38,862 bases of DNA from an uncultured bacterium (GTDB lineage: Bacteria; Myxococcota_A; Polyangia; Polyangiales; Houyiibacteriaceae): positions 1 through 38,862 of the forward strand of contig CALJYC010000267.1 of assembly GCA_937984275.1 (NCBI GenBank), read 5' to 3'. Shown here in pieces: positions 1-8,958 of the stretch (position 1 is its first letter; every line of letters begins with the position of its first letter). Below the pieces are notes generated by a model, which was not told where the DNA came from, made no database searches, and saw only the letters and a list, made by a program, of their open reading frames with translations. The position numbers were made by a program, and so were the translations under genes.

Positions 1-2334
1 CTTCGAGGGGATGCACTCAGTGAAGAAAGCGACGCGGGAGCAGGCGACGCCTACGAGCCAGCGCTCGACCACCCCGCCACTGCGCTTGCCGCCGCGGTCG
101 CTCTGCTGTCGGTACCGACCCGGCTCACGACCGCCGAACAACGCTTGGCCGCCGAAGAGGCCCTTGCAGATGCCGGAACCGCACCGACTGAGGTCGCCCA
201 TGGCTTCGGCGATGCCTATGGGACGCTGAGGGCCTCGCTCGGTAAAGCGCGCGCGTCGGCCGGCGAAGCTTGGCTTCAGCTCGCCGCGCTGGCACCAACC
301 GACGACTTGCAGGCCGGGACGCTCCTGCAGGGTCTACGGGCCGAACGCATCGCCCGAGGAACCGAGGCCACGGATGAGCTCTTCATGCTTTCCCACGAAG
401 CCGAAGGCCTGGCAGAGGTGCACGCCGAGGCGGCGGTTGCCATCGATGAAGCGATCGCACCCGGTGACGACCCAGAGTTCCGCGCCAATGCGCTCGAGCG
501 AAAGTTGCAGCACAGTGAAGCGGTCGGACGGGGTGCGCTCGACGCCGCGTACTGCCGCGCGCTGGTCGAAGCCGATCGGGGTGCGGAGGCGGTCGCGTTG
601 CTCAGCGCCGCGGTCGATGGGCGGCCCGACGACCTCGCCCTGTGGGAGACGCTCCGTGGCGCGGCGCGCCAAGCTCGACAGTGGCCGCTAGTCGCTCAAG
701 CTTGCGAGCGGCTCGCGCCTTTTGTCGAAGGCACACTAAAAGGCGATCTCTTGGAGGAGGCCGGCGTCGTTCGGTTGGATTGCCTGGAGCAACACCAGCA
801 AGCGGAAGACCTCTTCCGCCGCGCACTTGCAGAGGACCCCAAGCGCGACATCGCTTTCCGGCGGCTGCACGACCTGCTCGCGGAGCAAGAGGACGCCAAA
901 GCGCTCGAAGAGCTCGTGTCCGAACGGATTGCCCTCGGGGGTCCGAAGGATCGACTCGACCTGCTGTACGAACGCGCCCGCCTTCTTCGTGGGTTCAGCG
1001 ATCGACCCGGCGCGCTCGAGGTGCTCGACGAACTATTCACCTCTGAGCCGGAACATACTGGTGCGTTGGCTCTCGCCGCCGAGGTTCACGTTTCGCTCGA
1101 ACAATGGGCGGAAGCCGTCGAGTGCCTGCAGCGCCTCTCCAAAGCGGGCATCCCCGAGGAACAACGCCGGGTCGCCCATCTGGGCGCCGCAGACTTCCTC
1201 GAAACGCACCTCGAGGCGAAAGACGCTGCGCTCGGAGAGTTGCGCGCGGTCGAAGCGCTGGGCCTCGCCGACGCGCAAGTCTGGACACGAATCGGCGCGC
1301 TCGAGGCAGAGTTCGACAACCGCGGGGCAGCGATCGACGCCTACACACGTGCCCTCGAAGCGGAGCAGACACACCCGGTCGCGATCTCCCGCCTGATCGA
1401 ACTCGTGGACGAAGCGGGCAAGGTCGCCGCCCTGACGACCTACGAGCGGGCAATTTGGGAGTGCGTGGACCGCGGCGACCTCGATGCCTCGCTCCTCGAA
1501 GGCTTGAGCAACGCCGCAACGTGGCGAGGCCATACAGAGCGCGCAGCCGCAGCGCGGGCGACGCGACGTGCACTCGGGCTTGCGGTGTCAGCCAACGACA
1601 CCGGGACCGCTGACTTCGACAACATCTCGGCCGCCGCACTGTGGGATCCCGACGCCAACCCGGTTCTCCAGCAGGTCACGCTTCGCGCGGGCCCCGGCCT
1701 TTCGAAGGATCGCCTGCGCAGCAAGAAGGTCGCACCAAGCGATCCCATCGTTGGTGAGCTCGAGCGAATCTCCCAGCGCTTTAGCTCCCGACTGGGGTCG
1801 ATCGGACTGTCGGACGACCTCGTTTCGGTGATCGCCCGCACCGGCCGCGACGGCGAGATCGACTGGGTTGTTCCGCGGGGCGCACGAGGGGGTCTCGATA
1901 GTGTGGGGCGGTTTGTCGTGGGGCGTCTCGCATGGGCAGCACCGCACGGCGCTGCAGTGTTCCTGGACGACTCACCTCAGAAAGTGGCCGGCACCCTGGC
2001 GGCGGTCCTTCGCGTCGCGGGCTGCCAGGTCGTCGGTGAAGAGCCCACCCTACCCGCCGCCGACGTCAAGCTGCGCAGAGCGGTGCGCAAAGCCGTTCAC
2101 GAGACGGTCGGCGACGAGAAGCTGACGTCCTCGTCGCTGCTCGCGTTCGCGCGAAGCCTCCAGCGCAGCGCCGACCGAGCCGGGCTTCTCGTGTCGGGCG
2201 ACATCGCCGCCGGGGTCGCCACATTGCTCGACGGAAGAGCCAATCTCGACGCGTTGAGGGCGTCTCCCCGAGGCCTCGACCTTCTGCGATTTTGGCTCGA
2301 CGCCGAATCACCACTATGGGGGAACGATGGCTGA
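1..2334 (+). CDS. Large TPR-repeat protein, 5'-truncated by the window edge, with a degenerate M48-peptidase-like C-terminal domain
   Basis: Frame 1 is open from base 1 (LRGDALSEE...) to TGA at 2332-2334. It has Ala/Leu-rich TPR-like helices (e.g. AEDLFRRALAEDP, AIDAYTRALEAEQ) and C-terminal ADRAGLLVSGD. Confidence 0.75.
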   Translation, partial: LRGDALSEESDAGAGDAYEPALDHPATALAAAVALLSVPTRLTTAEQRLAAEEALADAGTAPTEVAHGFGDAYGTLRASLGKARASAGEAWLQLAALAPTDDLQAGTLLQGLRAERIARGTEATDELFMLSHEAEGLAEVHAEAAVAIDEAIAPGDDPEFRANALERKLQHSEAVGRGALDAAYCRALVEADRGAEAVALLSAAVDGRPDDLALWETLRGAARQARQWPLVAQACERLAPFVEGTLKGDLLEEAGVVRLDCLEQHQQAEDLFRRALAEDPKRDIAFRRLHDLLAEQEDAKALEELVSERIALGGPKDRLDLLYERARLLRGFSDRPGALEVLDELFTSEPEHTGALALAAEVHVSLEQWAEAVECLQRLSKAGIPEEQRRVAHLGAADFLETHLEAKDAALGELRAVEALGLADAQVWTRIGALEAEFDNRGAAIDAYTRALEAEQTHPVAISRLIELVDEAGKVAALTTYERAIWECVDRGDLDASLLEGLSNAATWRGHTERAAAARATRRALGLAVSANDTGTADFDNISAAALWDPDANPVLQQVTLRAGPGLSKDRLRSKKVAPSDPIVGELERISQRFSSRLGSIGLSDDLVSVIARTGRDGEIDWVVPRGARGGLDSVGRFVVGRLAWAAPHGAAVFLDDSPQKVAGTLAAVLRVAGCQVVGEEPTLPAADVKLRRAVRKAVHETVGDEKLTSSSLLAFARSLQRSADRAGLLVSGDIAAGVATLLDGRANLDALRASPRGLDLLRFWLDAESPLWGNDG

Positions 2335-5300
2335 AGACGACTTGTCTCCGGCGAACCGCGGGTCGGATCCCCCCTCGTTTGATTTCGATGAGGACGCCAT
2401 CTCCACGCTCCTCGACACTTTCGTCGAGACGCAAACCGGCCCGCAAGCAAAGCGCGTCAGCCGCCCTCCCGACCCCTCGGACTCCGGCGCACAGGCGGCG
2501 CAGCGTACGGTCTTCCAGCACACGTCGCGCCACGAGGCGCTTCCTCTCGTCGGCGACGCCCCCGAAACGAAGGGCCGGCGCGTGGAGCTGCTCGAGGGGC
2601 TGGCGGAACACACCGTGGGTTCGGCGCGAGCACGGCTGCTGACGTCAGCTGCGGAGCTCCACGAGCAACTTGGCAATACCGACGCCGCTGCGGGCAACTA
2701 CGCGCGAGCACTCAACGCAGATGCCCGGGACGTCGTCGTGCTCCGTGCGTTGCGCAGGCACGCCATGCTGCGCGAAGACTGGACGGCCGCCGCGGACGCC
2801 TTGGAGAGGGAGGCTGGGCTCGACCTGAGCGTGGCGGAGCGGGTATCGGCGCTCAAACTGCTCGCGCGGCTTCAGCTCTCGAAGCTCGGTGATCCGGCGG
2901 CGGCCGAACAGGCCGCCGCGCACGCTGCGGAGCTTCGACAAGAGGACTTCGTGGCCTGGGTCCTGACGGCTTCTGCCCGCCTCGCGCGAGGCGACGCAAC
3001 GCGCGCTGCACAGGCTCTCACCACCGCCGCGGAACGCTGGCCGGACGCCAAAGCGCAGGCCGTCATGCTCTTGCACGCAGGCCAGCTCTTGGAGAGCGCG
3101 GGCGCGCTCGAAGCGGCCAAGGGCACATTCGGCCGCGTCCTCGAGCTGCAACCCACCCTGCTCGCAGCACACCTCGGGGTGGTTCGGGCGGCCCGTGGGC
3201 TCGGCGAGACGGAGGCAGCGAAGGAATTGCTGCGCTCGGCGGCGGAGCATGCCTCTGGTCCGGTCGCGGCCGCGCTTCGCCGAACTCTCCTCGACCAAGC
3301 GGACGACATGGCGTCGCTTTGGACTCTGGCCGAGGCTTCGGCGCTTGCCGGTGATGCCCAAAGAGCCATCGAAGCCCTCGGCAGCGCCTCCAACCAAACC
3401 GCCGAAGCCCTTGCGGTGAGCAGCGCGCGGCGAGCACGTCTGCACGCGGAGCTGGGCGGTCACGCGGCCTACGAGCATGCATCACGCGACGCGCAGCAAG
3501 AGCGGAGCCTCGACGCCTACCTCCGGGCCTCAGGGCGCTTGGTCATGGCGGACGTCGAGGACGGAAGCGAGATTCGGCGACTGCTAGAAACGATGTCCGA
3601 CGAGGCAGCAGGCGTTTCGTCGCGCATGGTCCGCGCCGACGATGACGCACTCGGCGGGGACGGTGCGTCGTTCGTAGCCTCGCTCGAGCGTGAGCTCGAG
3701 GACGCGCCGTACGAGCTCGCCGCCGGGGCAGCCCTCGCGATCGCAGAGCTCGCGGTCGGTACCGGTGTGACCGACCGCCGAACGGCGTTGCTTCGCGCAG
3801 AGGAGCGCGTTCCGGGCGACGCGATGATCGGCACGGCCCTGCTTCTCGAGGACGATGATCTCGAGCGCGCCGCCAGGCGATGGACAGACCAAGGCAGGGC
3901 GACGACAGGCTCACGCAGCGCATTTGCCTTCACCATGGCCGCACGCCTCGCGCCGCCAGGCACCGAAGCGGCGATGAGTGCGTGCGAGGACGCGTTGGCG
4001 CAGGAGGCGGACTATTGGCCCGCCCTGTGGGAGCTCGAAGGCACCATCGGCTCGCGAGAAACGCGGGCGCAGAGCGCCGCCGCCCAGGCTGAGCTCGACC
4101 CGGCGGATGCGGTTTCGCACACCCTGCGCGCCTCGATGTGGGCACCGTACGTAGACCAGGGAGGCGAAGACGGAGGGCGATTGGCACATGCCGAAGCCGC
4201 GTTGAATCCGGACGCTCCCGACCCCGTCCTGGTCGAGCACCTTTTCGAAGCCGCCGGCGGCGCCACCGAGGCGGCTGGCGACCTCATGCTGCTGGCTGCG
4301 CAACGGCTGGGCTCGGTCCCGTACCTCGAGCGCGCCGCCGCCTCTTACCGTTCCGCCGGCCTTCCCGCGCGGGCGGCGAAGGTGCTGAGAGAGGCCTCTG
4401 CGGCGCGCCCGGACGACCAAGCGATTCGCGTGCAGCAAAAGGCCGCAGAGCTTCAAGCTTCCGAGTTCGCGCGCTTGGCCGACTCGGCGATGCGCCGCGC
4501 GCGCGAGGCCACCGACGACGCAGAGCGACTCGGCGCGTTTTCTGCGATGGCCGAAGTCGATCGCCTCGCGCGGCGCGACATGCAAAGCGCGCGCTTGTCG
4601 CTGCAATCGATCGCCGAGTTGCGCCCGGAGCACATCCCGACCGCCCGCGCCCTCGAATGGGACGCCCTTCGGGAGGACGACCCCGAGCGCATCCGTTCGA
4701 GCGCCCGCCGGCTCTTGGAAGCTCTTCCTTCCGACTCCACAGACCGACTCGCGAGACATAGGCTCGTGCTCGAGCTGCTCCGAACCGACCCGGACATCAT
4801 GCAGGCCGACATCGACCGGCTCCTGCATGGCATCGACGACGCGCTCGAAGCCGACCCAGCCTTGGCGAGAGAGGTCCTTGGCGCGGCGTACGCAAAGGGC
4901 GACTCCTTGCTCAGTCTGCAGGCGCTCACGGCGCTCCATGCCTCCATCGATGACGAATTGGAGCGGGGCGCGCTCGCTCTCGATACCGCGCAGGTGCTCC
5001 ACCGGTTGGGGGACCCGGAGCGAGCGCTCGAAGTATTGGAGGCGGCCCAGAGCCATCCTCTGGCGCGCGAGGCGGAAGCACGACTCCTTCACGCCGCCAA
5101 GCGGTGGGAGGATGCCGCGAGCGTCTATCAGGATGCTGCCGGCCGGGCCAAGGACACCCATCGCGCCGCATCGTTGTGGCGGGAAGCTGCATGCATCTTC
5201 GAAGAAGAGCTCGATGATCAACGCCGCGCGGTCGACGCCTGGGTCGCCGCTGCGAGTTGCGACCTCACCTACCTCGATGTGTACCGTCGCCTCGCTGCCC

Positions 5301-7000
5301 TCTACCGCAGCCAAGGCCAGCTCGACTCGCTCGCCGCCCTCACCGATTCGCGCATCGACGCTGGCGCCGACACCCCGACGCTCGTGGGGCTCTTGCTCGA
5401 AAAGGCTCGCCAGAGTCGTGAGCGGGGAGACATCCAGGGCGTTACCGACGCGTTGCACGAATGTCTGGAGCTCGATCCGCACAACTTCGCCGCGCTCCAG
5501 GAGCTCGTGGACACGCACCGCGCAGCAGAGGACTGGCAGGGCACCGCCGAAGCACTGATTCGCATCGCGCGTTTGAACCGCACGACCGATGAACAGATTT
5601 GGGCCTTTTCGCAGCTCGCGGAGACCTATGATGTGCATCTTCAAGACCTCCCGCGCGCCGAGGCCTCGCTACGCCGCGTCGCCAAGCTGGCTCCGGCGCA
5701 CATCGAAACGCTGGACCGGCTCGCATCGGTACTGAGCCGCCAGGACAAAGCGGTCGAAGCCGCCAGATTGCTCGAGGAGCTCGTTCGGAGAGCTGGCAGT
5801 GATGTGCAGGACCGCGACTATCGCGTCCGGCTAGCGAGTGCCGTCGAGTCGGCAGGGCAAGCGCGACAGGCCGAGCTCATGCTCGAGAATCTTCGGGGCG
5901 AGCAGCCGACCGAGCCCGACGTGATCCTCGCGGTCGCGGACTACTATCAACGCCAGGGCGCCGGCCCCGCCGAAGCCATGCATCTCAACCGCGCCGTCAG
6001 CGACCTGCGAGCGGCTATCGATGGGAATCCCGGCAGCGAAGCCCTGTGGACCACTCTGGTGCGTGTGCTCAAACGGCGACATGGTCCCGGCCCCGCTTCC
6101 AGCGCAGCCAGTGCGGCAATCGCGATTGGTCACCCGGCGTCACTCTTCGAAGGCGACGTCACGCCTCGCGATGAAGCTTTGGGCGAACCCAAGGTTCCGC
6201 TGTCCACCGTCGTCGACAGCATCGTTGCGCCGCCGGGCCTGCCACAAACGGTTCGCCGCCTGTTTTCGTTGTGTGAGCACCCGTTCGACAAAGTGTTGCC
6301 ATTCGACGCCAGCGCGTGGCGTCTTCGCCGACCATCCGGCGAGCATCGGAGCCTGATCGAAGAGGCGGGCGCCGTCGCCGAGGCACTCGGGATCAGCGAG
6401 CCGCGCTTGAAGGTGACCTACGTCGCGCCCACCGCGTGCATGCCGATCGACGGCGACCCGCCCACCGTCGTCGTCGGAGGAAACCTGCACGAAATGACCA
6501 CTCCACGGGAACGAGTGTTCCTGTTCGCCCGCGCGCTGAAGGTCGCGAGCAACCATCTCGCACCTGCGCTGCGCGCCCGCCCGGAGGACCTCGACGCCGC
6601 GCTACTCGCCCTTCTTCAAGGTCACGAGGCGAGCCGCGCACAGCAACCGGAGCCTCGGCAGATGCAGGACCTTCGCAAGAAGCTGCTCAAGGCCGTGCCT
6701 CGGCGCTGGCGCGACGAGGTGGAGAGCTTGGTGCTCGAATTGCGGGGCAATGCCGAGTTCTCCACGCGAGTCGTTCCGTTCGCGATCGCCGAGCTGGGAG
6801 ACCGCGCCGCCCTGACCCTAACCGGGGACGTTCCCTCTGCAGTGAACGCGCTCCTCAAGATTGCCGGGCACGACGTGCCTACCAACGATGCCGGCCGCTT
6901 AGACGCGATCCGGGAAACTCCCGAGGCCTGGGCCGTGATCCGCTTCGCGATCAGCGACGCACATTTTGAAGCTCGGGCCCAAGCTGGTGTAGACCCCTAG
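2327..7000 (+). CDS. Giant TPR-repeat protein (1557 aa) of the myxobacterial AgmK-like type, with a degenerate M48-like C-terminal domain
   Basis: Many TPR motifs (YARALNADARD, ECLELDPHNFAALQEL, RRVAKLAPAH) and C-terminal GDRAALTLTGD. Overlaps the upstream gene by 8 nt. Confidence 0.75.
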   Translation: MAEDDLSPANRGSDPPSFDFDEDAISTLLDTFVETQTGPQAKRVSRPPDPSDSGAQAAQRTVFQHTSRHEALPLVGDAPETKGRRVELLEGLAEHTVGSARARLLTSAAELHEQLGNTDAAAGNYARALNADARDVVVLRALRRHAMLREDWTAAADALEREAGLDLSVAERVSALKLLARLQLSKLGDPAAAEQAAAHAAELRQEDFVAWVLTASARLARGDATRAAQALTTAAERWPDAKAQAVMLLHAGQLLESAGALEAAKGTFGRVLELQPTLLAAHLGVVRAARGLGETEAAKELLRSAAEHASGPVAAALRRTLLDQADDMASLWTLAEASALAGDAQRAIEALGSASNQTAEALAVSSARRARLHAELGGHAAYEHASRDAQQERSLDAYLRASGRLVMADVEDGSEIRRLLETMSDEAAGVSSRMVRADDDALGGDGASFVASLERELEDAPYELAAGAALAIAELAVGTGVTDRRTALLRAEERVPGDAMIGTALLLEDDDLERAARRWTDQGRATTGSRSAFAFTMAARLAPPGTEAAMSACEDALAQEADYWPALWELEGTIGSRETRAQSAAAQAELDPADAVSHTLRASMWAPYVDQGGEDGGRLAHAEAALNPDAPDPVLVEHLFEAAGGATEAAGDLMLLAAQRLGSVPYLERAAASYRSAGLPARAAKVLREASAARPDDQAIRVQQKAAELQASEFARLADSAMRRAREATDDAERLGAFSAMAEVDRLARRDMQSARLSLQSIAELRPEHIPTARALEWDALREDDPERIRSSARRLLEALPSDSTDRLARHRLVLELLRTDPDIMQADIDRLLHGIDDALEADPALAREVLGAAYAKGDSLLSLQALTALHASIDDELERGALALDTAQVLHRLGDPERALEVLEAAQSHPLAREAEARLLHAAKRWEDAASVYQDAAGRAKDTHRAASLWREAACIFEEELDDQRRAVDAWVAAASCDLTYLDVYRRLAALYRSQGQLDSLAALTDSRIDAGADTPTLVGLLLEKARQSRERGDIQGVTDALHECLELDPHNFAALQELVDTHRAAEDWQGTAEALIRIARLNRTTDEQIWAFSQLAETYDVHLQDLPRAEASLRRVAKLAPAHIETLDRLASVLSRQDKAVEAARLLEELVRRAGSDVQDRDYRVRLASAVESAGQARQAELMLENLRGEQPTEPDVILAVADYYQRQGAGPAEAMHLNRAVSDLRAAIDGNPGSEALWTTLVRVLKRRHGPGPASSAASAAIAIGHPASLFEGDVTPRDEALGEPKVPLSTVVDSIVAPPGLPQTVRRLFSLCEHPFDKVLPFDASAWRLRRPSGEHRSLIEEAGAVAEALGISEPRLKVTYVAPTACMPIDGDPPTVVVGGNLHEMTTPRERVFLFARALKVASNHLAPALRARPEDLDAALLALLQGHEASRAQQPEPRQMQDLRKKLLKAVPRRWRDEVESLVLELRGNAEFSTRVVPFAIAELGDRAALTLTGDVPSAVNALLKIAGHDVPTNDAGRLDAIRETPEAWAVIRFAISDAHFEARAQAGVDP

Positions 7001-7004
7001 AACG

Positions 7005-7598
7005 ATGCGAATGGGTTTCATCGGTCCTGCCAATACGGACGCGGCCGCCCTCGAGCAGGCCGCCAAGCTTCTCATTTGTGACCTCGAGGTCGACACGGTC
7101 ATCTATGTCGGCGAAGACGACGCCCTTCGCGACTTCGTTGCCGCGCACGAGTCGGAGGACAGCGCCCATACGATCGAGCAACGAGTCGCCGAGGTCGCGG
7201 CCACAGGCTCCGCGGACGACATCGAAGAGGTGCTTCGAAGGCTCCGGGGAGCGCGCTACCTCGCCAAGCTGCGCGTCGCGCCACCCCCACCGACACGCGC
7301 CATGGAAATGCTCGACGATCGCATCGTCCTCATCGTTCGAAATAAGTCCACCATCGGCGAAGAGGACGTCATCAACTCGAACGTCGTCGTCTACGGCGAT
7401 GCCACGGAGCTCATGTTCAAACGCTTCGGGCCCCGTTGCTTCTTCAGCCCAGGACCTCTCGATGGTGGGCACGTCGGCCTCCTCGACGACCGCTCCGAGT
7501 CCGGCGGTGTCGTGCTGAAGGCGATCGACCTCAACGGCGAGGTCTCGTGGACCGAACCGATTCAAGGCCGAGGCGCCAAGGTGATGGTGGCACCGTGA
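7005..7598 (+). CDS. Conserved hypothetical protein with a degenerate calcineurin-like metallophosphoesterase (YfcE/Vps29-like) pattern
   Basis: The motif order MRMGFIG / VDTVIYVGED / RIVLIVR / VVVYGD / FFSPGP mirrors YfcE, but the metal ligands are absent. Tightly coupled to both neighbours. Confidence 0.6.
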   Translation: MRMGFIGPANTDAAALEQAAKLLICDLEVDTVIYVGEDDALRDFVAAHESEDSAHTIEQRVAEVAATGSADDIEEVLRRLRGARYLAKLRVAPPPPTRAMEMLDDRIVLIVRNKSTIGEEDVINSNVVVYGDATELMFKRFGPRCFFSPGPLDGGHVGLLDDRSESGGVVLKAIDLNGEVSWTEPIQGRGAKVMVAP

Positions 7599-8155
7599 CG
7601 CGCCGGGTCGCGATCTATGGGGGAAGCTTTGATCCGCCTCACCTCGGGCACGTCCTATCGGTCGCATGGACGCTCTCCGCAGCGGACGTCGACGCGGTGT
7701 GGATCATCCCAACCTGGAAGCATGCGTTCGACAAAGAGCACGGGGCATCGTTCGAACAGCGCATGTTGATGTGCGAGCTCGCCTTCACCCTCTTCCGGGA
7801 GGTGGAGGTCTCCGACATAGAGCGGCGCCTGGGGGGCGTCAGCAGGACGCTCCATACCCTCGAAGCGCTCGAGAGCGAGCACCCCGACACGGTCTTTCGC
7901 CTTCTCGTCGGCGCTGACGTCCTGTCTGCGACCGATCGCTGGCACCGGTGGGACGAGGTCATGAGGCTTGCACCGCCCCTCGTGATCGGCCGTCAAGGCT
8001 CTCCGGTTCCGGAGGGTTGCCCAATCTCGATTCCAAACATCAACTCGACCGACATCCGCTCCAGCCTCGCCAACGCCGCTGACATCACAGGGCTCGTACC
8101 GACCGCCGTCCTCGAGCACATCCGATCGCATGGGCTGTACCAAGGCGAAGGATGA
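7595..8155 (+). CDS. nadD: Nicotinate-nucleotide adenylyltransferase
   Basis: YGGSFDPPHLGH (HxGH), LLVGAD, WHRW and INSTDIR motifs. GTG start at 7595 overlaps the upstream TGA (GTGA). Confidence 0.93.
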   Translation: MTRRVAIYGGSFDPPHLGHVLSVAWTLSAADVDAVWIIPTWKHAFDKEHGASFEQRMLMCELAFTLFREVEVSDIERRLGGVSRTLHTLEALESEHPDTVFRLLVGADVLSATDRWHRWDEVMRLAPPLVIGRQGSPVPEGCPISIPNINSTDIRSSLANAADITGLVPTAVLEHIRSHGLYQGEG

Positions 8156-8949
8156 ACATCCTCATCATCGGGCGCGGCCGGGTCGGTGGGGCGTTGCGGC
8201 GCTCCCTGGAATCGAGCGGACAGCACGTCGTTGTCGCGGCAGGCCGCCGGTGGAAGCCTTCGGCTGTGCAATGCGCCGATGCGGTGGTCCTCGCGGTCTC
8301 CGATGACTCGATTGAAACGGTCGCCGAAAAGGTCGCACCCGACCTGAGCCCCGGCGCGACAGTGCTCCATTGCGCAGGCGCTCGGGGAACCGAAGACCTT
8401 CGGGCTTGCGCCACGCGGGGGGCCGCCGTGGGGATCATGCATCCACTGGTGTCGTTCCCGAGCAGGCGCGGCAACCCGAGCCTTCGAGGAACGACTTTCA
8501 CCGTGAACGGGTCGCGGAGCGCCATCGCGGCGAGCCGCCGCATCGCCCAAGCGTGCGGCGCAGGCATCGTAGTCGCCCAGACTGGCGACGCGGGCTACCA
8601 CGCCGCCGCTGCTCTGGCGGCAAATGGTGCTGCTGCGCTGGCATTCGTGTCGGTTGGCGTGCTCGAGGGCCTCGGGTTCGACAAGCGCGCTGCTGAGCGC
8701 GCGATCGGGGGACTGCTGCGGAGCGTGGGCGAGAACGTTCAGAGCCTCGGCGTTCCCGGCGCCCTCACAGGTCCGATCGCGCGGGGCGAGGCAGAGGCCG
8801 TGGCAAACCACCGGAAGGCGCTCCGACGCATCAGCCGCGATGCGCTCGCCACCTATGACGCCGTCGTTCCAATCATCGTCAAATGCGCGCTGGCCGCGGG
8901 CCTGTCGCAAGCCAAAGCGTCGAAGATCCTTCGCGCGACGAAGACCTGA
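8152..8949 (+). CDS. Rossmann-like + DUF2520 protein (PanG-like putative ketopantoate reductase)
   Basis: IIGRGRVG, LAVSDDSI, VLHCAGA, MHPLVSF, YHAAA and ALTGPIARG motifs. ATGA overlap with nadD. Confidence 0.85.
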   Translation: MNILIIGRGRVGGALRRSLESSGQHVVVAAGRRWKPSAVQCADAVVLAVSDDSIETVAEKVAPDLSPGATVLHCAGARGTEDLRACATRGAAVGIMHPLVSFPSRRGNPSLRGTTFTVNGSRSAIAASRRIAQACGAGIVVAQTGDAGYHAAAALAANGAAALAFVSVGVLEGLGFDKRAAERAIGGLLRSVGENVQSLGVPGALTGPIARGEAEAVANHRKALRRISRDALATYDAVVPIIVKCALAAGLSQAKASKILRATKT

Positions 8950-8958
8950 ACGCTGACC

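Noticed and set aside
3911-5644. 577-aa antisense ORF, and many other long overlapping ORFs (e.g. 27876-29054, 10366-11409)
   Set aside because: Shadow ORFs opposite real genes in high-GC DNA, with no recognisable motifs.
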